Part shown: positions 1 to 14,200 of the stretch, piece by piece
How positions within the stretch are numbered: the stretch's first letter is position 1
How the letters are laid out: every line of letters starts with the position of its first letter
Source: Eledone cirrhosa
Taxonomy: Eukaryota
Direction of reading: 5' to 3'
DNA length: 64,000 nt
Assembly: GCA_964016885.1 (NCBI GenBank)
Contig: OZ024746.1
Coordinates: 2,046,001 to 2,110,000 of the forward strand
The notes under the pieces: generated by a model
Seen by the model: the letters and a program-made list of their open reading frames with translations, nothing else
Databases searched by the model: none
Told to the model about the DNA's origin: nothing
Program-made: the position numbers and the translations under genes

Positions 1-465
1 TTAGTCATAAGTTAGTTGAACCAGTGCTGACCTTTAGTCATAAGTTAGTTGAACCAGTGCTGACCTTTAGTCATAAGTTAGTTGAACCAGTGCTGACCTT
101 TAGTCATAAGTTAGTTGAACCAGTGCTGACCTTTAGTCATAAGTTAGTTGAACCAGAGCTGACCTTTAGTCATAAGTTAGTTGAACCAGTGCTGACCTTT
201 AGTCATAAGTTAGTTGAACCAGTGCTGACCTTTAGTCATAAGTTAGTTGAACCAGAGCTGACCTTTAGTCATAAGTTAGTTGAACCAGTGCTGACCTTTA
301 GTCATAAGTTAGTTGAACCAGAGCTGACCTTTAGTCGTAAGTTAGTTGAACCAGAGCTGACCTTTAGTCGTAAGTTAGTTGAACCAGAGCTGACCTTTAG
401 TCGTAAGTTAGTTTAACCATAGCTGGCCTTTAGTCATAAGTTAGTTCCACCAGAGCTGACCTGGA
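1..465. repeat. 33-bp minisatellite, about 14 copies, truncated by window start
   Basis: Unit TTAGTCATAAGTTAGTTGAACCAG(T/A)GCTGACCT repeated head to tail; CAT->CGT variants cluster at the right end. Confidence 0.95.
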
Positions 466-2559
466 GCTAAACAAAGGTCAGAAGAATCACAGGTAGCCAA
501 ATTGTTATGGTGCCAAAGTAGCAAGACCACAGTAGGTTTGATATTGACTGTATTGGCATTGTGGCCCAGCAAGATACATCTCATCTGTTATAAAACATCT
601 AAACTGAATACAGAATTTACTGTTTCCATCATAACCTTTGATAAAATAAAATAAAATAAAAACCATCAATAACTCATGTAGTAAAGAAGCTATCTACATT
701 TGGCACTGATTTGAATATTCTCACCTCCACCTCCTCCTCATTATACTGTGCATGCCATAGCAGCTTGCTTTGGTTTACTGTCAAAATTATTGGAGAAATA
801 TATTTTTCTCTTCATTGTGCATTCATCATCATCATCATCATTTAACGTCCGTTTTCCCTGCTAGCAAAGGTTGGAGGGTCGTCACAAATTGAGTCAGTAC
901 TCATGTGGTGCTACAGGCCTCTCAGATTGGCCAGGGGCCAGCATCTTGCTTCTACTGAGTACTCAGATGGGCTGGGGCCTACATCTCACATATGTCCCCA
1001 TGCTCAGCAGAGTGCATGAGCTGTATTATTATCTTAGCAGCAGCACTAGGGAGGTTGTCCTGTCTTTAACACAGTTGAAGAGTCCTTCTGACACTTTTGT
1101 TTGGCAGGTTTCCCATGGTTTGAAGCCCTTCTTATTATCAACCACTTTGCATTGTGTATTGAGTGCATTTATTGGGTAGATCAACAACACTAGAGGGGTT
1201 GTCATAACTGAAGAGTCCTCTTAACCTTGCCTCTACCCTATATGAGTTCATCTCCTTTGTATGTATTTCTTAACTGAAGAGTTGAGTCTTATCTTGTGAC
1301 TGGCATTACACCATGTCCATAGCACAGACTCTCAACAGTTGAGTTCATTGAATAATTTTAGTAAAATTATTCATCATTTCATTACTAACTTAATGTGAGG
1401 GGTTCTTATATAAAATTGTTGGAAGATTTTAGTTTAAATTGGAAACCTTTAAAATGGGTGGTTATATTTCATAGAACCAGAGTTGGGTTTGGCTGGGTTG
1501 GTAACTAAACGGTAGTTCTCAGTTCAGTGTGACAACACATTTTTGTCAGCTAAATGAACAGGAATAATTTGAAATAAAGAGTCTTGCTCAAGAACACAAT
1601 GCACTGCCAGGAATCCAAGCTATAATCATGATTTGAACTAACTACTAAGCCCTGTAACATCACAGCAAGCACACTAAACATTCAATGATCTGCTATATCC
1701 ATGTGTAAATTACTTTAGTGATTTACAGCCAGATGGATTTAAACATTTCAGTGAAACGTTTTGGATATAAATATACTTCAATACAAATGTTATGACATGA
1801 ACTGCCTATCTCAGCTGGTTGTCCAATACCCCTTGACTAAACTATGCTTTCAGATAAAACTGGTCTGAATAATAGGCCATTACCAAAAGCTCTGTCTTTA
1901 TGTCATAAGTATGTCAAGTGTTAACCCTTTTGATACCAAACTGCCTGAAACTAGTTTTATAATAGAAAACTATTTGTTTTAAAGTTATATTTATCTAAAA
2001 ACCTTCCAGCAAATTCTATGTAAGAAGTGATGATAAGTTATATTCCAAACATCAACTTATTTAGTAACGAGAAAATTAGTTATATTACTATCAACCAGCT
2101 GAGAGATAACCACAGTTATACAAAATATTACATATAGCAATCCTACATCTATTAATAGCATACACTGAATATAGGCTCCAGGTTATCACTTAAATGTTTT
2201 TTTAGAGATGAATTATTTTCAAATTCATAGGGGGGCTTGAACAAGCCATATGTTGTGCAGACCTATGACAGGGCTATGAAACTCTGTTGGAATTATATGT
2301 AGTGATGGTAAATTATTAAACTAATCCATGTAATTCACATAGATATAGGAAATAAATCTATTTTTAAAAAGATAGAGGATAGGATTAATATAATCTGTTG
2401 GATGTAAAATGTGAAGAGTTTTGTTGAATAGAAGTGAAGAAATTATTTATTACAAACTTGCGAGAGAGAAAGAGAGAGTGTGTGTGAGAGAAATAGGAAG
2501 AGGAAAGAGATTACATAACTCTTGCAGATGTACAAGGCCTTGTTGTTAATACTTAAAAT

Positions 2560-3372
2560 GTCATCATCATCGTTTTTACGTCCATTTTTCCACACTTGCA
2601 TGGGTTGACCGGGTCCTTTCAGCACACCATCTCCACTCACCATGTCATTTCTTTGTCATCTCCTCTGCCAGTCTCAGTGATTTGAGCTCAGCTCTCACAA
2701 CCTCTTCCCAGGTCTTTATCTACTTCTACTGTGGCTTCCTTCCACTGGGATTTCCTGGCACTTCTTCACCCACTGATCATCATCTATGCACATCACGTCC
2801 GTAACAATGCAGTTTTCTCTCCTGCATACCTCAGATTCCTCTTAAACCATCATTTTTCCTTCAACTCATCCAAGCTCTGCTTTTTTCTCACATTTACATT
2901 ACACATCCAACAGAGCATGGTTTCTCTTCAGTCTACACGTCCTCTACAATCACAACCCATGTTTCACTATCATGCACCATCACACACAGACATCATATAA
3001 AATCGTCCTGTTGTACGAAGGGAGAAACCTTTTGTGGTCAAAAGTAGGAGTAACTCTCTAAACTTTTTCGATCCTATCCTTATTCTAGTTATTATGCTCT
3101 CAGAGCACCCTCCTCTGCTGCTAATTATGTCACCTAGATAGCAGAAGCTATCAACTATTTCTATGGGTCCTTCCTGTGAATGGAATAAAATTACATCACA
3201 GGCTATCTTCCCCTCGGCTACCCCTGTGCATCTTCTACAAAGTCTTCCTTTCCTGTTAGTCTACCTGTTATCCCACTACATCTCTTATGTACCTGAGATT
3301 TACATTGTGTACATTGTATGGAGTTTATACTTATTCCTTTTCTACATATTAAACAGGACCACTTCCCTGGAG
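2560..3372 (-). mobile_element. Degenerate RTE-clade LINE, 3' part
   Basis: Reverse strand matches the 56.6-58.6 kb LINE (GKW-C-x-C-RKG region, DSFCYLGD motif, C-terminal region) and ends in the shared (TGA)n tail. Confidence 0.75.
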
Positions 3373-3399
3373 GAATAATAACTCAAGTATCACAAGATA

Positions 3400-4910
3400 G
3401 AGTTACGCCCAACAATAACTGGCAGAGGAAACTACAGAGGCATCAGGTCATGAAAGTTACTGAAAAGGTTATAGCAAAACTGGTTAGGGATAGACTTAAC
3501 CTGGAAGTGTTACTACTACTGATGCCATGTTCCTTCTGAGACAGCTGCAGAAGTACTTTGCTAAGAGCTCTCTACCTAACATTCATTCACCTGGAGAAAG
3601 CTTTCAACAAAGCACACCACTTCAAAATCTAGGATAGATTAATGGCTTGGGAGGACTTTACTGACCATGTACAAAGATGCAGTCAGCAAGATTAGAGTCA
3701 ACAATGAAAAGAGTGATGACTTTAGCGTGCAAGTGGGAGTTCACTAAAGCTCAGTCATCACCCCCTTGCTTATTATAACCCTCCAGGCCATAATGGAGGA
3801 TTTTAAGACTGGTTGTCCATAGGAACTCCTATATGTGGATGGTTTAGTTCTCATGGCTGAATTCATGGCAGAATTAGAGAAGAAATTTCAGATATGGAAG
3901 CAAAACCTGGAATCAATATGCTTCAGAGTGAACTTAGCAAAAACCCAAGTCCTAGCCTAGAAAGTAGGAAAGAGAGAGCACTGATCTTATCAGGAAAATG
4001 ATCATGTACTGTATATGGAAAAAGAGTTAGTAGGAATTCCCTACTATATACTATGTGTACCTCAGAGATGTAGTGAGATCTGAAGCTAACAAAGAATGTA
4101 GACTTCGAATGTGGCAAATGTACAGGAGCAGTAGGCCGTATGAGAGTACATGAAACAGGTTCTATCAACTGCTCAGATGGCTCCTTTGTAATAGTTGACA
4201 GTTTCTGTTACTTGGGTAACCTAACTAGTAGTGGAGATGACTGTTCTAAAAGTACATTAACCAGAATGAGAACTAGTTGGAAAAGGTGCAGAGAGTTACT
4301 TACTACCTCTGCTTGAAACAAAGGGGTTCTGTTTCAGAGTGAAAGGTGGACTGATGATGTCTGTGTGAACTGCAATGTTGCACAGAAGACTTGGATCGAC
4401 ATGTTCGCAGTCATACTGAGGAGGCCAGCATATGGGGACCCCATTTGCTCACCTTACGGAGAGATGGGGAGGGCGAGAGAGATGGAGGCGATGACAGTAG
4501 GAGTTCAGCTGTTCTTTCATGTTTACTTAGGTTATTATTTTCTATTGTCTATAGACTATAACAACAAGAAAATGTTTGTAACAACGAAACCAGTTTCAAC
4601 CTTAGTACAGAGCATTTGTGAAATCAAAAAATAAATGAGGCGAACATGCTCTGATGTATGTGTAATAATAGTGAGCATGAACATTAATGGACTGAGAGAA
4701 AAACTGGGCTACAGTTTATAAGATGTATAAAATAGAAGACTGCTTTGATTTAACCATGTAATACATATGAAGACTGAGAGCTGTATAAAAAAGTGTAGGG
4801 CACTGAAAGTTGAAGGAACCTGTGAAAGAGAAAGATCTAGAAAAACATGGGATGACATAGTAAAGGCTGAACTAACAGAGGAAATGAAACTGGATCAAGT
4901 TGACTGGTAA
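3400..4910 (+). mobile_element. Degenerate RTE-clade LINE (RT region to C-terminus)
   Basis: Broken reading frames give RGNYRG, MKVTEKVIAKLVRD, LEKAF, ELLYVDGL, DSFCYLG and RSRKTWDDIVK; many stops and frameshifts. Confidence 0.8.
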
Positions 4911-5083
4911 ATATATAAAAGTTACTTTCTAAATGGTAGGGGTTTGGGGCAGCAGAAAATAGTACAACACCAGCTTAAATGACATATATCAATGTCAACA
5001 CTCAATATTGTCTTTTCATGGATCCACTGAATACTTTTCCACAGTCCACTGAATATTGTATTATGTAAGAAATATGAACCTTT

Positions 5084-5428
5084 CTCTCAGGTCCGGGGGA
5101 TAAGCAAGAGTGGTGGTGGAAAACCAGTAATTTTCCTTGTTTGTCTCTGTTGAATTTTATTAAAAACCAGAATTAGTGATTTAGTTTACATATTAAGACC
5201 CCAACCCATCCTATTTATTTTATAATGTATGGGATTTCTAGTAATGTACTTTTTTGCCATATATGTTTTTTAATGTATAAAGAAAATTGTGACAGGAATG
5301 CTACTACTTAAAATATAATTTCACCGGGGATAGATTAGCAAAATTTGATAAGCAAGGGGGTGGGTGGAACAAATCTGAAAAATCAATAATTATTGGGGGA
5401 GGGGGTCATTGTTTGAGACCTAAGAGTA
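5084..5428. mobile_element. Putative MITE with G-rich subterminal repeats
   Basis: Ends roughly CTCTCAGGTC...GACCTAAGAGTA; the internal AAAACCAGAATTAGT(G/C)ATTTAGT is shared with 32535-32785 and 33768-34018. Confidence 0.45.
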
Positions 5429-6314
5429 CCTGTATGCCCTAGATAACTTTTCCTATGTATAGAATTGAACTCAACATTGCAAACCAACAAAGACTTATTC
5501 TATGTTATTGCACTTCCTCTACTTACAGCTGTGAAGTATACCACCATTCACAGAAGCAGTGACAGGATAATGATGACAGCAGTGATCATCATCATCATAG
5601 CATCTATTTTTCTATATTATCATTGGTTGAACAGGTTTACAGTATCATCCAGCCTACTTGATCGTTTAGCATCTCCTCTGTGAAATAAATCATTCTCAGC
5701 TCTTTATTGGTACTTCCCACAGCTTCTACTTCTACTATAAGTACCTCTTATTGCCAGCACACTGCACTTTTCCATTCACATCACATCTCCATACAAACAT
5801 GGTCCCTTTTCACTTTAACTGCTCATCCACCCTCTCAACTCATGTTCATCCCATGTTTAACACTCAACATATTTCTTTCCACCTTCTATAGGTCTTACGT
5901 ATTTAAAGCCTCAGACATCACACTCCTTTCATGTGGCTCCACAATAACAAACCAAATATACTAACAGTCATTTAAAGGACAGTATTCAGATATGTGACAA
6001 CATAAAAATAAAACAATAATGATCATAGGACCAATATCATTATTAAGGTCAGAAGCTTATGTTTTTTAATCTTTTTTGTTTTTCCATAAAAATTCGAAAA
6101 CAAGCAGAATTTCAAATTATTAAAGTTATTTCAGTTATTTAATTCCAAATAGATGTTTCCGTTTATGTAATGACAGAAGAAAGAAAATTGCTAGAGGAAA
6201 TAGGCTTCAAGTATGAGATAACCTATTTTAACCTCTGTTGCTTGTTTATTTTAACTGAAGTTGTAAAGAATCAATTATGTTATATACAGGTCAAAATCAT
6301 TATATATATGTGTG

Positions 6315-6590
6315 AAAGTGCATGGCTTAGGGGTGAGTGTTGGGCTTGCAAATTAAGAGGTGATGCACTGTGTCTTTGAGCAAGACACTTTATTTCATGT
6401 TGCTCCAGTTTACTCAGCTGTAGAAATGAGTTGTGACGTCACTGGTGCCAAGCTGTATCGGTCATTGCTTTTACTTTGGACAACATTGGTGGTATGGAGA
6501 GGGGAGACTATGGGTAACTGCTGATCTTCCACAAACAAACCTTATACCTCAGTGGGAAACTTTCTAGGTGCAAAACCCATGGCAGCCTAA
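6315..6590 (+). mobile_element. tRNA-derived SINE copy
   Basis: A-box-like TGGCTTAGGGG and core TTGAGCAAGACACTTTATTTCATGTTGCTCCAG; related copies near 1540-1660(-), 15300-15435(-), 24040-24310(-) and 35215-35470(+). Confidence 0.7.
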
Positions 6591-7549
6591 TATATATCTA
6601 TTATAATATTCCTATCTATACAAACTACAGGTTTTTTTATCATGTTTACCCCGGTGAAGCTGGATACATCAGCAAGTTTAATATATACATACATCATTTC
6701 ACATTTCCCTTGCTAGCAAGGGTTGGCTGTGTCCTCTCAAAGTCAAAACTGAAGTGAGCATGGATTAGGCACGAAAGCCCTTTATCTTAGGGAAAGGTGA
6801 AATATTCATACTTTTCCCCAAAATATCAGCTGTGTTATGGATTGCAACTGTTATTTAGCTCTATCACAAGTAGAAAGCAATTGTTTATATTTCCAAAGGT
6901 TTTTAAATCCAATATTATATCTAAGATATCTAAGAGAGTGGTAGCAAATATTTGAACAAGACCTTCAAAGACTGAAGTGGAGAAGGGTTGTGTGCCACCA
7001 GTGGCCAAGCATGGGTCAGTCAATCCTAAGGAGCAAGCAGAAGCTTGTACAAAAAGGCACCGGATCTGTCATCGCGTTTTACAAAAAAGAAAGGTAATAA
7101 TTTTCATACACATTACCCCATAAAATATGAACTATCATTGTTCAAACAGTAATTCTAAGTTAAGATGTGGATATTAATGGAATGAAATAATTGGTTTCAA
7201 CAATGAGTTTTTCAATTGTTCAATGAAACAGCCTGTTCATGAAATTAACGTGTAAGTGGTTGAATACTTCAGACATGTGTACCCTTAATGTAATTCTCAG
7301 GGAGATTCAGCATAACCTATAGAATTACAAGTAGTCCATCTGACCAGCTTCCAGTTTCTATCAATCCAATTGTACTGACAAGACAAGAGTCAACCCAAGG
7401 CTATGGTAAATGACTCCCAAGTTACCAGTGGGATCAAATGATTACAAAATAAACTCAACCATTCAGCCATGCTACATCCATGGTTACACTATAATGTCCA
7501 TCTCCAAAGCATCAAAACATAAATGAAGTAAAATATCATAACTTACTGT

Positions 7550-7935
7550 CTTTGACCCTCTGAGGAAGAAGTGTTCAGTCCTCAAACACTCCTACCAGCT
7601 GGTCCTGTCAGAAGCAACTGTCTACAATTGATCAAGTTCATGTATGTTATTCAACCATCATGCTCGAGCTCTACCCCTGGTTAATTTTGCACATAAAATT
7701 TGTCCAATTCTTTCCGAGACATTCCAACCACATGCCCATAGCATCGGAGCTGTGATCTCTTAATTTGGAGAAGTAGTGGCTCTACCTGGAGTGACTGATC
7801 TCCAAGCTATGCACTCGAGTAATGTTACTCCAAAGACCCTTTGGAGGAACTACATTTCAGCCGCTTGTATTCCTGACCATAGGTAAGGGTTGGTATGAAT
7901 ACTGAACTGAAGGTAGCGAGTTTGGCTTTTACAAG
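7550..7935 (-). mobile_element. 3' fragment of a second RTE-type LINE family
   Basis: Homologous to 33080-33270(+), 40620-40985(+) and 61700-62095(+), which encode IQAAEM-FL-RV-GVTL...RSQL-W/GM-RP-GR-like C-terminal RTE motifs. Confidence 0.65.
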
Positions 7936-10660
7936 TGTCAGTGGTAGTGTTATGTTTGTGGCAAAGATAACCACCAAAGGTCCTCGTTCAAATGATGTAA
8001 ATAAATATAGATCCCTTCCACTGCCAGCATTGTGTTCAAATCCTTCTCAAGAATAATAGACTTCCAGGTATTAATTTCCAAAAGAGCCTGTTAGCCTTTG
8101 CTCTTTTATAGTATAATCCTTTCCAGTCAGATCTGCCCTTTACTCCTTTTGTTTTATTTATATAATTATGAAAACGTAAATAATTTTTTTTTAAATAGCT
8201 GAGATAAAACAAACATTCCTCTAACAAATGGAAGACCAATTTTTTTTTTTTTTATTTACTAAGTAGATACCAAATCCTTTTGATAACCAAAATAATGCAA
8301 AGATGCTAATATTTACATTAATAACCTTCAATTAAATTTATGTAGGAACCTTTTAATGAAGGTCATTTTTATTAAATGCCCCTAAATTTGGAATTAATTT
8401 TCAAAATAGTAGCTTCATAATTTTATAGAACTATAACATTGGATTGAGAAGTGAGATCAATTCCTTTGGAGAAAACATTCACCAAGGTTCCTTACAATTT
8501 TGGGAAGGATTAGTTAATTCCTAAAACATGTCTAACTTTAAACAGTTTTGAAAGAATTTGGAGAGTTTTAGTAATATACCTTTTTCATTACGAAAGCCAT
8601 TTTGAAAATAAAGGGATTTAACTTTCACATTAAGCTGGTGTTTAGAATGTAACAAAGGTTCATACATAAAATTATGGTTGATTTTTAGATAAATATGAAG
8701 TTGTGTCAGCCATTTTGATATCAAAGGGATTTCAATTCTATCCCTGTTAATTAGTCTTGCTAACTTTTATACTTTCTTTGTTAACCATACCATATTTTAA
8801 GAGATAATTGATCAAGTCAACATATCTTTGTTCTTCACTCATGTTTTATTGCACCCAATATCTTGTCTTATTAGACAAAAAACAACACAATATCATAACA
8901 GTAGAGGATCAGTGAACAAGAACAAAATGGATAATGAAAGACTTGGTACAAGAATTAAGAATGAATTTTAAATGCCAAAAAATGCAATTGTTTTTAAGAC
9001 AGAACCCCAAATTTACATACAAGAAAAATTAAAAGCTTTCTCAACTACCTAAGTCAATAAATTGACTGTGGTATATTGCATTGCTGAGTGTGCATCCCCA
9101 AGAAATTATTGCTAGGGGTCTAAATTTTAAGATGCTTTGTAATAAAAAAAATATTTATAAATTACATATTTATAAGCAAATTCTTTTCTCTTTTTTTATG
9201 TAAGGCCAAATTAATTCTCTTTTAGAGAAAAAAAAAGTTTAAATTTGACTGTTCTGTACAACTAAGGGTTTTAAGTTACCAATTGCTAGCAGGCAATCTT
9301 AATCCATAACTGAACACTTTAGTGCCAAGACCCCTGAAAACCAAGTCCACATGTTTTGTGTGAGAGATTAAATCAATACTTCTCTTTTAAAGAAATTGTT
9401 TCAACTCTTAACACCCCCTTCAGATATTTTCAATCATGTGCTTTATAACTGGATTTGTCACCATTCAATGTCAAGTTATAAACCAAAAGAAATCAAAATT
9501 TTAAGAATAAATAAAATAACATTTTAGAGAGAAAATGTTTATATTTCTCCTCAGCAATTAACATTTTATTTTGAAACCCCTAAATATTTTATATATAAAT
9601 AATGTATAACTCAAAATCAAACTGTAGAATATAGAACATTTCTATGGAGAATATCTTTTGTGAGAAGTTATTAAAATAATAAAAACTATATACTCTATTG
9701 TTGGTGTCAGTCATACTGCGGCATCATAACCCATGTACTTATTTTAGCGATCTCCTTTGTTAAACTTAAGTTACAAGACATAAACACGTGTGTGTGTGTG
9801 TGCGTGTGCGTGTGTGCGTGTGTGTGTACACACAGTTTCTGCCTACCAAATTCCACTCCCAAGGCTATAGTAGAAGATACTTGCCCAACGAGTCATGCAG
9901 CAGGAGAAAACCCAGAACCACATAGTTGCAAAGTGAACTCCTTAATCTTATAGCCAAATTCACATCGACATATATATATATATATAAAAATGGCTATTAT
10001 CAAACATGTGGAAAGAAAATGTGTTTTTTAAATATTTTATTTCACTTTAAATAGAATAATTACATCTCAAATTGTTCCTAAGACAACTAATCCTTGCAAG
10101 TTGAGCAAGCCTTCAGGGTATAATAGGAGAGAGATCATGTTCTTGAATGGGAAAAGGGAGAAACTGTTTATCTAACAATTTTTTTTTTTTTTAGATTATT
10201 CAATAGGATACTATGTTAAGGGAAACCAGTTTTTTTTTTTTTCTTGAAAGGTCATATGAAAAATCAATTTTAAAAATATACGAAGAACAGTTCTTAATTT
10301 GACAATATGAAATAGGAACGCGGTAAAGTGGTCAAAGTGATATATACTGAAGTAACCAGAAATTGTAAAACAGAAGATCATTAATTTTATAAACAAGGCA
10401 CTAATAGCTAAATTTTAGCCTCTTTTTAAGTTAGAAAACTATATTCTGTTAATAAACCTGATGAAATAAGAAAGTTAAATGGCAAGAGAGGAAAAGGAGT
10501 TATTAGTCGTCAAGTGACATGAAATATTCATTTAAAGTCACAACCCTGCCAACCACAATGGAGACAATACAATGCCTAAGCAGCAGGATTGTCCAATATG
10601 AATTTTTAAAAAGAATGTACACCCCCACCCTCTATTAAACCACAAATGAACTGCAATGAA

Positions 10661-10666
10661 TTTATT
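10661..10666 (-). promoter_or_regulatory. Candidate poly(A) signal AATAAA for HMGB (alternative at 10036-10041)
   Basis: AATAAA on the minus strand about 410 nt after the stop codon, in repeat-free AT-rich sequence. Confidence 0.4.
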
Positions 10667-11074
10667 TTACACTATATATTAGATTGCATTGAGTTCTCTT
10701 AAGTGCACACTGAAAATAAGGCACACTTCTTATAGAAAAGATGTTCTATCATCTGAATTGAAAATAATCTGTAATCTAATTTCAAGAGGAATGTGAATAA
10801 TGAAAACATATACAGAACAAAAATGAAATGTCTGTCAAATGATATATAAACCACAGAATTTGTAGCTCTTTTTAAGAAGAAATTGTAGTTGATATAACAT
10901 TTAAAATTTTTATGACAGGACACATCAAGTTGAGTATAAGACAATGGCAGTGATGGAAAGAAATATAAAATCTGAGAATGAGTGAAATTATCACTCTTCT
11001 ATACATTCTACAAATGATTAAGTTATTTGTAGAATTACTGGATGAATGTCCAATAAAAATTTTCATTTCTCCTC

Positions 11075-11257
11075 CTAATCATCATCTTCTTCCTCTTCCT
11101 CTTCTTCCTCCTCTTCACCTTCTTCCTCTTCTTCACCTTCTTCACCTTCTTCTTCCTCCTCCTCCTCCTCAGCTTCTTCTTCATCCTCTTCTTCTTCAAC
11201 TACTTCAACCTTTGATTTCTTAGCTGAACTACCACCTTTAACTGTATCACCACTTCT
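11075..11257 (-). CDS. HMGB: HMGB exon 6, acidic tail and TAG stop
   Basis: ttacag|RSGDTVKGGSSAKKSKVEVVEEEEDEEE...EEDDD*. Confidence 0.92.
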   Translation of the reverse strand, partial: RSGDTVKGGSSAKKSKVEVVEEEEDEEEAEEEEEEEEGEEGEEEEEGEEEEEEEEEEDDD

Positions 11258-14200
11258 CTGTAATTAACAAAACATATATATAATGTGGAGATATGTCCTC
11301 ACAATATTTATCAAGCACCATTTCATAATAGAATATGTAGAAAGACACAAACAAACGTTACCTTTTTGTATTCAGCAACTGCCACTTCATATTTCTTTTT
11401 TTCTTCCCTGTTTTTCTTTTCATATGGTTTCTTAACTTCGTCGGTCATATTTCTCCATTCTTCACCAGCTAAAATAAAATAAACAATATATTTTCAATAA
11501 CTGGATACTTTTATTGCTTTAAAAAGGACCTCATGGGGTCTGAAAAGCTAATTCCTGCTTTCACTATGAAATGTTTGCTTGTTTGTAGATACCCATAACT
11601 CATTTTCCCTTTGTGGTCATATATGATTATTTCTCTTAGTATTTGAGACTACCTCCCTAAGACCAATAGTGAGAATCAATAATTTTTTAACATGACCAAA
11701 CCAAAATGGCTTGAAGTTTACAAATTAAGATAAAAGCCAGACATTTAAAATGAAGATTCCAAACTGAATTTTCTAATAAGTATTGCCTAACTCAATTGGG
11801 TACATTTTTTTCTCTTTGCTTTTTCTAGATAGGAGTTTATGGTTTGGGGATTCTCTCAACACAAACATATAGCCACATCAACAACAAAATAAAACAAATA
11901 TTTCCACCATTTATTTGACTTCTAATGCAATAAGCTGGCTCTCAATTGACCTGCACAGCCCACTCCATTTATGTACCATGTGAACAAATCTTTATTCTTT
12001 TGTGCTACAACTACATCAGCTGTGTTTTCACTTTCTCGCGTGGTATTCATTGATATAAATGATCGCTATTAAAACGTGTTGCCCTGTCTTTCTCAGAAAT
12101 AGTTTCCTAATTCATCCAATCACCGAGTATTTTACATCAGAAACTACTTGTACAACACCTGTAGTCGTGACTACTTTCATTGGTATTTCAATATTATGAC
12201 TACACTCTTTAGAGAATTCATATTAAAAGCAATTGATATGGCAAATCAGTTTTAAATTCTTAATTACAACCTTAGAATTACATGCAAATCTCAAAAAAAC
12301 ATTACAAACCTCGCCTGAGTATCTCTTTGTGATCAATACCTTTCCCATTCATTTTCACTCTAAAATCACTTAAAAACAGGAAATATGCAGACTGTGGTCT
12401 TTTGGGTTTATTTGGGTCTCCTGAATTTTTCTGTTTATAATCTGTCATCTTTATATAAAGAAAAGAAAATACTGGTTTAAGGAAGAAGGGAAAGGGGAAA
12501 GGAAAGGAAAAAAAAAAAAAAAAAAAAAAAAAAACTATATAAAAGACAAAAGTTTGATCATTGCAATTTTCCAAATTGATAACCTCAAACTATCCACAGA
12601 TGGCAACAGCATCTAAATGTTATGACAAAACAATTCTTGATATATAATAATCTACTTCATAATTTTACTAGGGACTTGCCATGACAGGTAATTTTAGAAT
12701 TGTAAGAAAATAGTAAATACATACACATACATGATGATGATATATATAAACAAAATGGCTACAATTCATAATTTTTGCTCTTGCTCAAACCCTATACATA
12801 TACAGTATTAAAGAACAAATGTTCATATATGTATATTCCATTCAATATAAAGAACGAAGAACACTGCTCATCCTACAACAGTTGTCTCTCATATCCTATC
12901 TACTGAATATGTATACTTCAACATGCTGCCAAATGTGACATTGGACAAATAAATCAACACATTGGGTATAATATACAACATAACTGGAATATGAAATAAC
13001 AGATGGACACAAGTGGTTCCTATTAATCAGTCATATATGAATGCTATCTAGCTAAATCATTCATTTTTGTTGCATTGATGCCAGAAAGCAAGGTTCCATT
13101 TGTCATGCCCTGCACATATACATATATTACATACACTATATCATCAACCTATGCTAGTTTTGAAAAAAGATGTTATGATGAAATATATGTGCATACACAC
13201 ATACATATAAAACAGACATTGTCAATTGATACATCCTCCCTACCACACACATGCTAAAGGAACATGTTCCATAGAATATCACTTATTCTGTTTGTAAAGA
13301 CACCCATATGGCTGTGAACATTGAAAAAGATGGAAGTATATCTGATATCCTTCTACACTTAGGGTCAACAAGCCACTATAACCAGTTATAGGGCTCAAAC
13401 AGAATTAGGTTGTTACGCATAAATACACATACGTTATATCTATGTAATATGGGGAAAAATCTGTTAATACCCACCCCACGACAAACATTTTTATTAGACA
13501 TGCTTACCTCTTTAACGTATCTGGCCTTATCCTTTGCAGCCTTCTCATCAAAGGGCTTTTTCTGTGGAACAGTTAAACCCTTCCATTTCTCTGAGCATTC
13601 TTTGGTAAAATCTGCAACCTAATAATATTTAGGTTATTACACATCATATTACAAGAAAAAAGAAACAAATACCTGTTTAATTCACATGTTTAGAGTGTTA
13701 AGTATAATAACTCACTTTAGGAATGGTTTTGCCGGACTTAGCAGCTTGCGCTCGACAGTGCGACATAAAATAGAAGTAAGCAGATGTAGATCGTTTCGGT
13801 CTATTAGCATCCTTAACCTTCTTCTTCTGCTTACGACCTTTGGTGGCAGCTGCCGGGAGACGACCTAGAAATGTGATGACAAAAAATTGACAAATTAATT
13901 CATCTAAAAAATCTTTTTAAATGAATTTGTTTGAAATCGAAATTTATACTTGAATGATAATCTGACAGATCAATCAATGTATCATAAGTCTTTTTTCTAA
14001 GGACATCTCTCCATTTGTAATGGCCATTAACTCTACAGGATTTATTGAAACATTTCTTGTACAAAACTTTGCTGTTGACTCTAGTAAATGTAAGTCTACT
14101 TGCAATATGGACACAGTAGGATTATGATTAAATGCTGCATCAATTTTCTCCTTTAACAAATGTTCTGTCACCAAGCCCCTCTTATCTAACATGCTACTTG

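Noticed and set aside
24-416. 130-aa repeat ORF and possible CRISPR-like array
   Set aside because: Pure tandem repeat with no unique spacers, no ATG and no cas genes; eukaryotic context
10978-11223. Leu/Pro-rich plus-strand ORF
   Set aside because: Antisense shadow of the HMGB acidic-tail exon
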